Origin: Verrucomicrobiota bacterium
GTDB taxonomy: Bacteria; Verrucomicrobiota; Verrucomicrobiia; Limisphaerales; UBA9464
Assembly (NCBI GenBank): GCA_043755815.1
Contig: JAYUSF010000108.1
Coordinates: forward strand, 1-54,625
Reading direction: 5' to 3'
DNA: 54,625 bases
Positions 42,882-52,800 of the stretch are shown piece after piece. The translations under genes were made by a program, and so were the position numbers. The notes under the pieces are model-generated. The model saw only the letters and a program-made list of their open reading frames with translations, did not search any database and had not been told where the DNA came from. Positions within the stretch are counted from its first letter, which is position 1. Every line of letters starts with the position of its first letter.

Positions 42882-43391
42882 ATGTCCTCCGCCGAGCTGG
42901 AACGCCTTTACGACACGCATGCCGATGCGCTGTTCGCGTTCCTGCTCAACCTCACCCGTGCCGAGGCTGACACCCGCGATGTCCTGCAGGAACTCTTCTG
43001 CCGGCTGGCGGCGAAGCCGGATCTGCTCCGGGGCGTGCGGGACGAACGCGGTTTCCTGCTGCGGCTCGCCCACAACCAGGCCATCGACCTGATGCGCCGG
43101 CGCGACACCCGGAGCCGGGCGCACGACGCGTTGGCCGCGGAAACGGTGGAACCGTTCGCCCGCACCGAGGATCCGGACGAAACCGCCTTCCGCCGTGAGC
43201 TCGCCGCAGCGCTCGGCGAACTGCCCGCCGAGCAACGCGCCGTCGTCCACCTGAAATTGTGGGAAGGCCTCACCTTCGAGCGCATCGCCGACGTGCTCGA
43301 CGTGCCGCTCAACACCGCCGCCAGCCGGTATCGCTACGGGCTAGACAAATTGCGCGCCCGGCTGCGTCCCCTCTATGACGAAATCCGCTGA
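42882..43391 (+). CDS. ECF RNA polymerase sigma-70 factor
   Basis: LERLYD, DVLQELF, LAHNQAIDLMRR, LPAEQRAVVHLKLWEGLTFERIA..L.VPLNTAASRYRYGL.KLR. Confidence 0.92.
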   Translation: MSSAELERLYDTHADALFAFLLNLTRAEADTRDVLQELFCRLAAKPDLLRGVRDERGFLLRLAHNQAIDLMRRRDTRSRAHDALAAETVEPFARTEDPDETAFRRELAAALGELPAEQRAVVHLKLWEGLTFERIADVLDVPLNTAASRYRYGLDKLRARLRPLYDEIR

Positions 43392-43406
43392 ACGGAGAAT
43401 CCGCCG

Positions 43407-43991
43407 ATGAAATCCGACAAATCCCCAATGACCGGCCACGGCGCGCCCGATGACTTCGAGGACCGGCTGGCTCGCGTTCCTGGCCGGCGGGCTCCGGCCG
43501 AGCTGCGGGCCGAGGTGCTCGCCGCCGCCAAGCGGGTGGAGCCGGCCAAGTTGAAGCGCAGCGATCCGGAAAACATGGGCGCGCGACCGTTGCGGATGAG
43601 CTGGGGCGACTGGCTGCTCGCGCACTTTCCGCTGGCCCCCGGCGGTTTGGCGGCGTGCTGGCTCCTGATCTGGTTGGGCGGTTCCGCGGACCGGCTGGTG
43701 AATGGATCGGATGCGACTAAGCCGGTGGTAATCTCCCGCGAACAGATGGCCGAAGCCCGGGCCCAACGCGCGGAGTTGCGGCAACTCGCCGGCCTCGACG
43801 ATCCCGCCGGGAAAATTCAGAGCCCGGCACCTGAACGAACGCGCCTCGAAGCTCCCGCTCTGCCCGCCCGGCCCCGCAGCGACCGTCGCCGCTCGCGTGA
43901 CGACGGTTTTGGAATCGTGCCGGATTCAAGTCCGGTGCAGGTCGCCGCCACCGGACGACGGTCAACTGAATCAGCGCCGGTTTCCGCCTAG
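43407..43991 (+). CDS. Putative anti-sigma membrane protein
   Basis: DDFEDRL...P.R.APAELRAEVL, then one hydrophobic segment (GLAACWLLIWL); directly downstream of the ECF sigma gene. Confidence 0.6.
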   Translation: MKSDKSPMTGHGAPDDFEDRLARVPGRRAPAELRAEVLAAAKRVEPAKLKRSDPENMGARPLRMSWGDWLLAHFPLAPGGLAACWLLIWLGGSADRLVNGSDATKPVVISREQMAEARAQRAELRQLAGLDDPAGKIQSPAPERTRLEAPALPARPRSDRRRSRDDGFGIVPDSSPVQVAATGRRSTESAPVSA

Positions 43992-44022
43992 CCCTTCCGC
44001 CGCTCCTCACTCCTTTCATTAT

Positions 44023-45960
44023 ATGTCACCCACCGCTTATTACTGCTGGCTCTACGAACGTCCTGTGATGTGGCTCGGCCTGAAACGGCTCAAGCCCCGG
44101 CCTGACCAAAACTTCCCCCTCGCGGTGGCGGTGATGGCGCCGGTGATCTTCACGGCGCTGTGCCTGGGGGTGCCCGCCGGGTTGGTGGCGATCGTGGACG
44201 CGCTGAGTGGCGAAAAAGCCTCGGGCGGTCTCCCCGGCTTCTTCTTCTGGGTGATTGGGATCATCGCGATGACCTGCGCGACGTTTCACACGGTCTTTGC
44301 CTGTCTGGCTTGGAATCAGCGCGCCGCTCGTCAGCGGGCCGCCGGCTGCGTGACTCCGGCCGCCCGTCCGGCGGGATTTGTCCGGTGGTTGCTGGGTCCG
44401 ATCTATCTCCTGCTGATCGGGGTGGTGACCCCGTTCGCGTTGCTGACGGCCGTGGAGAACGTCCGGGGCGCTCTCCGCTGGAAGGAAGTGAAGTCCGGGC
44501 TGCTGGCCCGCGGGGAAAAGCTGACCATGGCCGAACTGCTGGGCCCGCCCGTGCCCGCCGAACAGAACTTCGGCAGCCTGCCGATGTTTTCCGACCTCCT
44601 GGACTATGGGCGGAAGACCAACCTGGTGAACGGCCGTCCCGTCCCGTCGGAGGTGGTCTGGGCCAACACGAACGCGCTGCGCCGGTTCCAGGTGTTTCAT
44701 TTGCCGGACTCGTTCCTGCCCAAGCGGGGCAAGGACGATCACCGGCCGGTCTCGCTCGCGGAGTGGGCGGTGGCGTTCCGGACCGCCGTTTCAAACCAGA
44801 CCGCCCAAGCCAAAGGCGAACAGCGCCGTGGAAGTGGAGACCTGCCCACCTATCCCGGCGCCCCGGCTGGCGCGGATGCCGCGACGGTGGTGCTGGCCGG
44901 ACTCAAACCCGGCGAAGCGGACATGGTCACCATTTGCGAGGCCAGCCTGCGGCCCTATTGCCGGTTTGGGGTGCACTGGGAGGAGGGGTTCAATGCCCTG
45001 CTGCCCACGCTCGCCCAACTGAAGGGGATGCAACGGTTCCTGAGTCTGCGGGTGGAAGCCCGCCTGGCCAGCGGGGATGCCGCCGGTGCCTATGCGGACG
45101 CGCTCTGTGCCTTGCGCGTCGCGGATCTGGCCCGCGACGAGCCGCTCCTGATCTCTCAGTTGGTGCGGATCGCCCAGGCGGCGATCGCCGGACAGGCAGT
45201 CTGGCATGGCATCGCCGCCCATCGGTGGAGCGATGCCCAATTGCAGGAACTTCAGAAAGGCCTGCTCGCACCGGATTACCTCCGGGCCATGGGGTTCGCA
45301 CTGGAAGGCGAACGAAACGGCTGCATTGCCATCATGGACCGCTGGGCGACGAATCCCCGCCAGTTGCAGCAGGAGGCTTCTGGACTTGGATTCGGCGATG
45401 CCAGCGAAGCTCCCCAGGGGATCGCGCTGCAGAATGTCGGGCTGGGGTTGATGCCGCGCGGTTGGGTCCGTCAAAACCAGGCGGCCATGGCCGAGTATCA
45501 TCAACTGATGATCGGCCTGAACCGCCAGTTGGCGACCAATGCCCCCTCGGGGGCGCTGGGTGGGGCCCTGAAACAATTCGCTGACCGCACCGATGAAGCG
45601 CTGATCCGTCAAAAGACCCACACGACGCCTTACAACGTCTTCGCCAACCTATTGGCGCCGGCGCTCGGCAAGGCGATCGCCAAAGCGGGCCGCGCCGGCG
45701 CGACTGCCCGCAGTGCCGCCACCGGCTGCGCCCTCGAGCGCCACCGGATCAAGCACGGCAGCTATCCTGAATCGCTGGCCGCTTTGGTGCCGGAATTTCT
45801 CGCCGAAGTGCCGGTGGATCCGATCGACGGCCAACCGCTGCGCTACCGCCGGAGTGCGGACGGGCTCTTCCGCCTTTGGTCGGTCGGCGATGATGGGGTG
45901 GACAACGGTGGGGAACGTTCGGCAAAGGGGCAGATCGTGGACTGGGTCTGGCCCTACTGA
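44023..45960 (+). CDS. Membrane-anchored hypothetical protein with GspG-like C-terminal motif
   Basis: Three N-terminal hydrophobic segments; EPLLISQLVRIA; ALERHR..HG.YPESL..LVPEFL..VP.DP.DG.PLRY...LWSVG.DG.DNGG. Confidence 0.8.
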   Translation: MSPTAYYCWLYERPVMWLGLKRLKPRPDQNFPLAVAVMAPVIFTALCLGVPAGLVAIVDALSGEKASGGLPGFFFWVIGIIAMTCATFHTVFACLAWNQRAARQRAAGCVTPAARPAGFVRWLLGPIYLLLIGVVTPFALLTAVENVRGALRWKEVKSGLLARGEKLTMAELLGPPVPAEQNFGSLPMFSDLLDYGRKTNLVNGRPVPSEVVWANTNALRRFQVFHLPDSFLPKRGKDDHRPVSLAEWAVAFRTAVSNQTAQAKGEQRRGSGDLPTYPGAPAGADAATVVLAGLKPGEADMVTICEASLRPYCRFGVHWEEGFNALLPTLAQLKGMQRFLSLRVEARLASGDAAGAYADALCALRVADLARDEPLLISQLVRIAQAAIAGQAVWHGIAAHRWSDAQLQELQKGLLAPDYLRAMGFALEGERNGCIAIMDRWATNPRQLQQEASGLGFGDASEAPQGIALQNVGLGLMPRGWVRQNQAAMAEYHQLMIGLNRQLATNAPSGALGGALKQFADRTDEALIRQKTHTTPYNVFANLLAPALGKAIAKAGRAGATARSAATGCALERHRIKHGSYPESLAALVPEFLAEVPVDPIDGQPLRYRRSADGLFRLWSVGDDGVDNGGERSAKGQIVDWVWPY

Positions 45961-45984
45961 GGGCCGTTGACCGGTGCCGGGTGG

Positions 45985-46491
45985 CTACTTCAGCGCCGCG
46001 ATGCGGGGCCAGAGCGCCTTGAGGTCGTCGTCTTGCAGGGCCATCTGCTTGAGCAGCGTGAGCTCGCCGCGGGCAACCGCGGCCTCGAACCAGTGCCACG
46101 CCTCCTCCAGCAGCTCCTGCTGGGCCCGGTAGCAGGCGAGATTGTAGGGGATGACCGCCTGGTTGGGGAAACGCTCGAACGCGGGCCGGAGCAGTTCAAA
46201 CGCTTCCTCGAGGCTGTTGGCGGAACGGCGCCGGGCCGCGTAGGCGCGGTGAATCCAGCCCCCGGAACGTTTCGGATGGAGGGTCACCTCGGTCTGGGCG
46301 ACCGCATAGGCGGCCTCCCACGCGTTGGTCTCGCCGTAGATCGCGAACTGGATGTCGAGCGCGACCGGATGCGTCCGCACCTCGGCCGGCAGTTGGTTCA
46401 GTTCCTTTTGCGCGTCCGCGATCATGCCCAGCCCAATCCAGCCAAGGGCGGCATTGAGCGTGTGACGATGGGACGCGGACAGCGACGGCAT
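45985..46491 (-). CDS. TPR-like hypothetical protein
   Basis: AALGWIGLG...A..EL, GWIHRAYA.RR, IPYNLACY, MALQDDDLKALW; ATG at 46491. Confidence 0.78.
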   Translation of the reverse strand: MPSLSASHRHTLNAALGWIGLGMIADAQKELNQLPAEVRTHPVALDIQFAIYGETNAWEAAYAVAQTEVTLHPKRSGGWIHRAYAARRRSANSLEEAFELLRPAFERFPNQAVIPYNLACYRAQQELLEEAWHWFEAAVARGELTLLKQMALQDDDLKALWPRIAALK

Positions 46492-46647
46492 ATCGGATGG
46501 GCGGGACGCCGCGGGATGTAGCTGGAAAGCGGCCCGACCGCAATTGCCAGGGCATGCCGGACGCCGCTGCGGGCCGACGTCTTTCCACAATTCCCGCCGA
46601 CTCCGGCTCGCACGCCGTGGCGGTGCCCGGTATAACGCGCGCGTTCC

Positions 46648-48495
46648 GTGTCGAAGCCCGTCCACATCCTCGGCCTCGCGGCCTACTACCACGACAGCGC
46701 AGCGTGCCTGTTGCGCGACGGGGTCATTGTCGCGGCGGCGCAGGAAGAGCGCTTCACCCGCCGCAAACACGACGAACGCTTTCCCGAAAACGCGGTCGCG
46801 TATTGCCTGCGCGAAGGCGGGCTCAGCCTGGCCGAGCTGGATCACGTCGCGTTTTACGAAAAACCTTTCCTGAAGTTTGACCGCCTGTTGCACACCTATC
46901 TGGCCGAGGCGCCCCGCGGGCTCGGGTCGTTCCTCAAGGCGATGCCGGTGTGGCTGAAGGAGAAGCTCTGGCTGAAGGCCGAGCTGGCCGAGAAGCTCCA
47001 GTTCGACCGGCCGATCTTCTTCCCGGAACATCACGAATCCCATGCGGGGTCGGCGTTTTTTCCATCGCCCTTCGAGGCGGCGGCGATCCTCACGGTGGAC
47101 GGCGTCGGCGAATGGACGACCACCAGTTTCGGCGCCGGGCACGGCGCGCGGATCGAGCTGTGGGGCGAACAGCATTTCCCGCATTCGCTGGGCTTGCTCT
47201 ATTCGGCCTTCACCTACTACTGCGGCTTCAAGGTCAACTCGGGCGAATACAAGCTCATGGGCCTCGCGCCCTACGGCGAGCCGCGTTTCGCCGACGTGAT
47301 CCGGCGCGAGCTGCTCGACCTGCGCGAAGACGGCTCGTTCCACCTGAACCTGGCCTGCTTTGATTTTCCGGTCGGGCTGCGGATGACGAATGCGCGCTTC
47401 GACGCGCTGTTTGGAGTTCCGGCGCGTTCGCCCGAATCCCGGCTGACGCAGCACTACATGGATGTCGCCCGCAGCATCCAGGAGGTGACGGAAGAGATCC
47501 TGTTCCGCATGGCGCGGCATGTCCGGCGGGAGACCGGGCTGCCCAATCTTTGCCTGGCCGGCGGCGTGGCGCTGAACTGTGTCGCCAATGGCCGGATCCT
47601 GCGCGAAGGCGTCTTCGACCGGATCTGGATTCAGCCGGCCGCGGGCGATGCCGGCGGGGCGCTCGGCTGCGCGCTGGTGGCGTGGCATCATGCCCTGGAA
47701 CAGCCGCGCCGGATCACGCCGGGAAGCGATGCCATGCGGGGCGCTTTTCTCGGTCCGCAGTTTTCGGCCGCGGAGATTCAGGCGGCGCTGGATGAGCTGC
47801 CGGCCGCGGAACGGGATTCATTTACCCGCCATGAATGCACCACGGAGGAGCTCCCCAGCGTGGTGGCCGAACTCCTGGCCGACGGCAACGTGGTGGGCTG
47901 GTTTCAGGGACGGATGGAATTTGGGCCGCGGGCGCTGGGCGCGCGCAGCATCTTGGGCAACGCGCGTTCGCCCGCGATGCAGGAGACGATGAACCTGAAG
48001 ATCAAGTTCCGGGAAAGCTTCCGGCCGTTTGCACCAAGCGTCCTGCGTGAACGCGTCGCCGAGTGGTTCGACCTGGAAGCCGAAAGCCCCTACATGCTGC
48101 TGGTGGCGCCTGTGAATGCGGGACGGCTTCGCCCACTCTCGCCCGACGAACAGGCCCGGACCGGCATGGAAAAACTCCTGACCCCGCGCTCGGAAATTCC
48201 GGCGGTGACGCACGTGGACAACTCGGCACGGGTGCAGACGGTGAGTGCCGAGACCAATCCGCTGTATGACCAGCTGCTCCGGGCCTTCGAGACGCGCACG
48301 GGTTGTCCGGTGCTCATCAACACGAGCTTCAACGTGCGCGGCGAACCCATTGTCGGCACGCCGGCCGACGCGTTGCGCTGTTTTCTCCGCACGAACATGG
48401 ATGCGCTCGCGCTGGGGCCGGTCGTGCTGACCAAGACCCGGCAGCTGCCCCTCGGCAAGGACGCCGCGTGGCTCCGGGAATTCGAACTCGACTGA
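46648..48495 (+). CDS. Carbamoyltransferase (CmcH/NodU family, SxtI-like)
   Basis: YYHDSAACL, AAAQEERFTR.KHD, EHHESHA.SAF, DGVGEW, NSGEYKLMGLAPYG, GRMEFGPRALG.RSIL, KFRESFRPFAP, LINTSFNVRGEPIV. Confidence 0.95.
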   Translation: MSKPVHILGLAAYYHDSAACLLRDGVIVAAAQEERFTRRKHDERFPENAVAYCLREGGLSLAELDHVAFYEKPFLKFDRLLHTYLAEAPRGLGSFLKAMPVWLKEKLWLKAELAEKLQFDRPIFFPEHHESHAGSAFFPSPFEAAAILTVDGVGEWTTTSFGAGHGARIELWGEQHFPHSLGLLYSAFTYYCGFKVNSGEYKLMGLAPYGEPRFADVIRRELLDLREDGSFHLNLACFDFPVGLRMTNARFDALFGVPARSPESRLTQHYMDVARSIQEVTEEILFRMARHVRRETGLPNLCLAGGVALNCVANGRILREGVFDRIWIQPAAGDAGGALGCALVAWHHALEQPRRITPGSDAMRGAFLGPQFSAAEIQAALDELPAAERDSFTRHECTTEELPSVVAELLADGNVVGWFQGRMEFGPRALGARSILGNARSPAMQETMNLKIKFRESFRPFAPSVLRERVAEWFDLEAESPYMLLVAPVNAGRLRPLSPDEQARTGMEKLLTPRSEIPAVTHVDNSARVQTVSAETNPLYDQLLRAFETRTGCPVLINTSFNVRGEPIVGTPADALRCFLRTNMDALALGPVVLTKTRQLPLGKDAAWLREFELD

Positions 48496-48498
48496 ACG

Positions 48499-48918
48499 AT
48501 GATCCGCGCCGAACTCCAGAAACTCGACCAGTCGCCCCGGGCCCTGCGGAACTTCGGCGTGCTGGTGGGCGGAGTGTTGCTGGCATTTGCCGCCGTGGGT
48601 TTTTGGCGGAGCCGCGGGTGGTGGCCGTGGGCCGGCGGGCCGGGCTTCGCACTGACGGCCCTGGGCGTCCTGGCACCGCGCTCATTGCGCCGGCTTCACC
48701 TTGGCTGGATGGCGCTCGCGTTCGTCCTCGGCACCGTGATGGGCAGCGTGCTGCTGACGCTGGTCTATTTCCTCGCGGTGACTCCCATCGGTTGGCTGGC
48801 CCGCTGGCGCGGGAAGGACTTCCTTCGTCGGCGACCCGCGCCGGTCGGGGGCACGTATTGGCTGCCGCGGGACCGTTTGGTCAAGCCCGCCCGCGCTGAC
48901 TACGAGCGGCAGTTTTGA
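48499..48918 (+). CDS. SxtJ-family membrane protein
   Basis: LRNFG, two TM segments, WM..A..LG, VYFL.VTPIG...R..GKD.L, TYW, YERQF. Confidence 0.88.
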   Translation: MIRAELQKLDQSPRALRNFGVLVGGVLLAFAAVGFWRSRGWWPWAGGPGFALTALGVLAPRSLRRLHLGWMALAFVLGTVMGSVLLTLVYFLAVTPIGWLARWRGKDFLRRRPAPVGGTYWLPRDRLVKPARADYERQF

Positions 48919-48948
48919 CTTTGGCCCGGGGCTGCCCAAGCTGGCCGC

Positions 48949-49107
48949 ATGAGCAAGTTCAGCATCCTCCGCGAATTCTGGGAGTTCCTGAGGGTCAGGA
49001 AGAAATGGTGGCTGCTGCCCGTGGCGGTGGTGCTGGTCGCCCTCGGCATCCTGCTGGCCACGTCGGCGCACTCGCCGTTGGCCCCGTTCATTTACAGCTT
49101 GTTCTGA
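48949..49107 (+). CDS. DUF5989 / SxtK-like small membrane protein (52 aa, absent from the ORF track)
   Basis: MSKFSILREFWEFLRVRKKWWLLPVAVVLVALGILLATSAHSPLAPFIYSLF*. Confidence 0.9.
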   Translation: MSKFSILREFWEFLRVRKKWWLLPVAVVLVALGILLATSAHSPLAPFIYSLF

Positions 49108-50696
49108 AGAAACGAGACGGTGCCGCGGGACCGGATCACCGACAGTTCCTCCGGAACCACCGGACCTGCTTCCTCCAGCACCTTGGCGTGATTCGCTTCC
49201 GCTGCGGCCTTGAGGCGTTGGCCAAAGTTATAGTCGCAGAGCAGCAGCATCCCGGCCTGAAGGCCGAACGTGCGCATCGCGAACTCGGAGTCGCCGTGGA
49301 GGAAAACGAACGAAAAGAACTGGCCAATCCAGAGCGCGGACAGCACCGAGGCCATCCGGGAAAACGGATCGTCGGCCCCGTGGCGACGGACATGGCGGAG
49401 AATCCGGATCGCCAGCAACGTCCCGCCCCCTAGGAAGCTGAACATCGCAATCGTTCCCGGGATGCCGGTGTTGACGAGGATTCCGACCGTGCCGTTGTAG
49501 AAGATGCCCAAGTCCATGTGCCACTGCGTCTGGTCGAGCTCGAACGCGGACCGGACGTCCAGCGGCTTGCCAAAACCGCGACCCAGCCAGCGGTAATCCT
49601 TGGCCATTTCAAACCCGGCGGCGCGCATGGCGCGCCGGCCGTTGAGGGTGGCCTGACCGTCTTCGGACGCCTGGCGGTCGACTTCCAGGCCGGGCACGCT
49701 CGACAGCGCCCGTTGAGCCGAGAGCGGCAGATCGCGGACGAACGTCGCGGCGCCCAGATAGCACAGGCCCGCCACCAAGACGATGCCGACCACCCGGATC
49801 GGCGTGAAAAAGCGCTGCGTCCAGGCGGTGATCGGGAGGACGAAGGCGAGCAGCAACAGCAGGTTGCGGTGACCGCCGCCCAAGCCCAGCGCCAGCAGGC
49901 CGAACGCGGCGGGCCACATCCAGAGTCCGGCCCGCGTGAAGAAGTCCGAATACTTCTTCCGGGTCACCAAGAGGCAGATCAGGGCGAGGGAGACGAAGAA
50001 GAACGACTGGAACCGGCGGATGCCGAAGTGCTGCGCCTGGGCCTCGAAGTTCAGGCCGTCGGTCGGGAGCTCCAGGAAGTAAAGCAGGGGCTCCAGGAGT
50101 TTGCCGCCGTAGGTGAACGCGAAGTCGGCGGGCAGGAACGACAGCGCCAGCACACACTGGATGGTGTAGAGCTTGAGCATCCGCTTTTCGTCCATCGGCT
50201 TGAGGATGAACAGGAGCGGAAAGATGGCGCACGCCAGCTGCTGCATGTAGATGCGGCCGCCCATCTGGCTCCCACCGAACACGCGGATGCCGACGCCGCG
50301 AAAATACATCAGCGCGATCAGCACCCCGCAGTAGGCGATTGCTCCAAAGAAAAGCAGCCGGTGACGGCGGAAAAGCGCTCCGGCATCCGGTGAAACCCGC
50401 CGGAGTGCAAGCGCGATGGCCACTCCGGTCCAACCCAGCAGCGCCGCCGCCTCCCAGGCAAGGGGACGACCCGGGAGCCCGGGGACGATGAACCCCGAGG
50501 AAAAGGTCATCATCGCCCCGGTGGTGGCGATTTCAGCGTGATACGGCAGCAGGATCAGCCAGGCGAAACCGACCAGGGCGAGGATCAGCAGGATCGGCGC
50601 GCCGGCCAGCAGCAGGCCCACAAAGATGGCGGCCAGAAAAAACGCGCCCAGCAGCATCAGCTTCTGGAGGTGCAGTTGAACGTCGACCGTGGTCAC
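49092..50696 (-). CDS. O-antigen polymerase/ligase-like polytopic membrane protein
   Basis: About 12 hydrophobic segments, GGHR motif, periplasmic loop ending WLGRGFG...YNGTVGILVNTGIPG; start uncertain. Confidence 0.75.
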   Translation of the reverse strand: MTTVDVQLHLQKLMLLGAFFLAAIFVGLLLAGAPILLILALVGFAWLILLPYHAEIATTGAMMTFSSGFIVPGLPGRPLAWEAAALLGWTGVAIALALRRVSPDAGALFRRHRLLFFGAIAYCGVLIALMYFRGVGIRVFGGSQMGGRIYMQQLACAIFPLLFILKPMDEKRMLKLYTIQCVLALSFLPADFAFTYGGKLLEPLLYFLELPTDGLNFEAQAQHFGIRRFQSFFFVSLALICLLVTRKKYSDFFTRAGLWMWPAAFGLLALGLGGGHRNLLLLLAFVLPITAWTQRFFTPIRVVGIVLVAGLCYLGAATFVRDLPLSAQRALSSVPGLEVDRQASEDGQATLNGRRAMRAAGFEMAKDYRWLGRGFGKPLDVRSAFELDQTQWHMDLGIFYNGTVGILVNTGIPGTIAMFSFLGGGTLLAIRILRHVRRHGADDPFSRMASVLSALWIGQFFSFVFLHGDSEFAMRTFGLQAGMLLLCDYNFGQRLKAAAEANHAKVLEEAGPVVPEELSVIRSRGTVSFLQNKL

Positions 50697-50821
50697 AGGC
50701 GGGCAGCTAAGCCTCTGGCGGACGGCGAGGCAATTCACAAGTCGGTTTCCGGCGATCCCCTTCGCCTTCGCCCGCGAATTTTCTCGACGCCACCCCGGGG
50801 GAAATCCTCCCTCTGGTTCCG

Positions 50822-51994
50822 ATGTTGCGGACGCCGGTGACCCATGTGTTTACCCACTACAGGCAGCTTGGCGGCGTGGAATCGGTGCTGCGCCGGCTCG
50901 CCCGGCGGGATGCCGTCCACGCGCCGGAACGCCGCACGCTGAGCCTGTTCGAAGCCGGCGGCTTCACCCCGGACAATGTCGCGGGGCTCGGCTTGTCTTG
51001 GCGGAACACTCCGGCCGGGGCGAATGCCCGCCTCCGCTCGGCCGTGGCCCGCAATCCCCGGGGCGGCGTCTGGGTGTATCACAATGGCTGGGGCCTGCCC
51101 TTCCTGGCCGGTGCCGACGACGCGGAACGCCGGGTCGTCGTGCTCCATTCCGACTGGCCCGGCCTCGACCGCTGGCTGGCGGAGCAACGGGGCCGGCTGG
51201 ACGGCCTGCTCGCGGTCAGCCGGCCCCTGTTGAGGCAGGCCGAAACCCAGTTAAGCCTCCCGCCCGAACGCCTCGGCTGGCTGCCGTATCCTGTGGACCC
51301 GCCCACCGACACGTTCGTCCTCACCCCCACGCCGCCCGGCCGCCCGCTGGTGCTGGGTTTCTGCGGCCGGGTGATCGTGGAGCAAAAACGCCTCGACCGG
51401 CTGCCCGGACTCGCGCAACGCGTGAACGGTGCGCGCCTCGAAGCCCGCTGGGAAATCCTGGGGGACGGCCCCTACCGGCCGGAACTCGCCGCGCTTCTGC
51501 CGGCCAATACGGTCTTCCACGGCCGCCTGTCCGGGCCGGCCTACTGGCGCGCGCTGGAACGGTGGGACCTCATGGTCTTCACCAGCGACTATGAGGGACT
51601 GCCCATCAGCCTGCTGGAAACCTTTGCCCGCGGAGGCCTGGCGGTGTTTCCGCGGATTGGCAGCGGCGGCGACGACTACGTCGAACGTGTCGCGCCGGAA
51701 CTCCTCTACCGCGCCGGCGATCTGGACGATGCTGCCCGCGCGATCCGCTGGTTTGCGGAGCGAACGCCGGAACAGATCCTCGAACTGCGCCGCCGCGCCC
51801 AGGCCCTGGGCGAAGCCCACACGGGCGACGCGTTTGACCGGACGCTGAACGAACACCTGGAAGGCATCTGGAAGCTGCCGCGGATTTCCGGGATGGGCGC
51901 GGCGGTGGGCCGGGCGCGTTGGCACTGGCGTTTGCCGTTTGCCCTGCTGCGCCGGCTCCCGGTCGCGAGCCGCTGGCGGCGGGATCTGTTCTGA
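50822..51994 (+). CDS. GT4-family (GT-B) glycosyltransferase
   Basis: GGVES, GFCGR....QKR, ILGDGP, FTSDYEGLPISLLE (EX7E). Confidence 0.88.
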   Translation: MLRTPVTHVFTHYRQLGGVESVLRRLARRDAVHAPERRTLSLFEAGGFTPDNVAGLGLSWRNTPAGANARLRSAVARNPRGGVWVYHNGWGLPFLAGADDAERRVVVLHSDWPGLDRWLAEQRGRLDGLLAVSRPLLRQAETQLSLPPERLGWLPYPVDPPTDTFVLTPTPPGRPLVLGFCGRVIVEQKRLDRLPGLAQRVNGARLEARWEILGDGPYRPELAALLPANTVFHGRLSGPAYWRALERWDLMVFTSDYEGLPISLLETFARGGLAVFPRIGSGGDDYVERVAPELLYRAGDLDDAARAIRWFAERTPEQILELRRRAQALGEAHTGDAFDRTLNEHLEGIWKLPRISGMGAAVGRARWHWRLPFALLRRLPVASRWRRDLF

Positions 51995-52062
51995 AGGGGC
52001 GGTGGGTCGCGGGCGGGACGGCAAGTAGGGAAGGCGCACTTTCTTGGCCCTGCGCCCGGACT

Positions 52063-52800
52063 TCAGTTTCGGCGGCGATGGCGCCACAGCAAGGCACTTA
52101 ACCCGACGCCAAACAGCGCCCAGGTTTGCGGTTCCGGCACGGCGGGCAATGGGCTGAAGCGGAGGTCGTCGAGGACGTGCATCTTGGCATTGGGCCAGCC
52201 GTTGACGGGGCCGCCCGGCATGCCGGGGTAGTTGCCGAAGCTGTAGAAGTCGAAGCGGATCTCGGCGGTGGTGCCCGCGAGCGGGCCCACATCCACGGCG
52301 AAGTAGTGCAGGTCGCCGAGCTCCGGATCGCCCGACGGGCGGTCTTCGGCGAAATGCACCAGCCGCTCCGCCCCGCCGACAGACACCTTGAGGCTGTCGC
52401 CGTGGTAGAGGAAGCGCAGCGACTGCGAACCCGCCGGGATGTCACCGGTCTGGCGAAGAACGAAAGGATCCTCGGCGAAGCGGTTACCGGAATATGGCCA
52501 GATGCCGAGCGAGAACTGGCCGACGACCGGCACCTTGGCCGGATTCGCCGGCTGCGTGGTGTTGCGGTAGTTCGTGTCGAGCAGGCTGGAGTAGCCCGCG
52601 AAGCGTTGAGTGTAGTTGTAACCCACCGTGCTGAAGCTTGCGTCAGCCCAACCGGGAACAAACCACTCAGAAGGACCAAACTGAAACGGTGCCGCTGGAA
52701 GTTCAACGGCGGGTTGATCAAAGCCAAAATTCTGAAAAGGGGCGCAAACGGCAGCGCCAGGAAGCACGCAGGCGGCACAGAGGAGAAGAGTGGTTTTCAT
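52063..52800 (-). CDS. PEP-CTERM protein (copy A)
   Basis: Signal peptide; VPEPQTWALFGVGLSALLWRHRRR C-terminus. Confidence 0.9.
   Translation of the reverse strand: MKTTLLLCAACVLPGAAVCAPFQNFGFDQPAVELPAAPFQFGPSEWFVPGWADASFSTVGYNYTQRFAGYSSLLDTNYRNTTQPANPAKVPVVGQFSLGIWPYSGNRFAEDPFVLRQTGDIPAGSQSLRFLYHGDSLKVSVGGAERLVHFAEDRPSGDPELGDLHYFAVDVGPLAGTTAEIRFDFYSFGNYPGMPGGPVNGWPNAKMHVLDDLRFSPLPAVPEPQTWALFGVGLSALLWRHRRRN

Noticed and set aside
46648-49107. Saxitoxin biosynthesis cluster
   Set aside because: Only sxtI/J/K-like genes; no sxtA, sxtG or other core genes.
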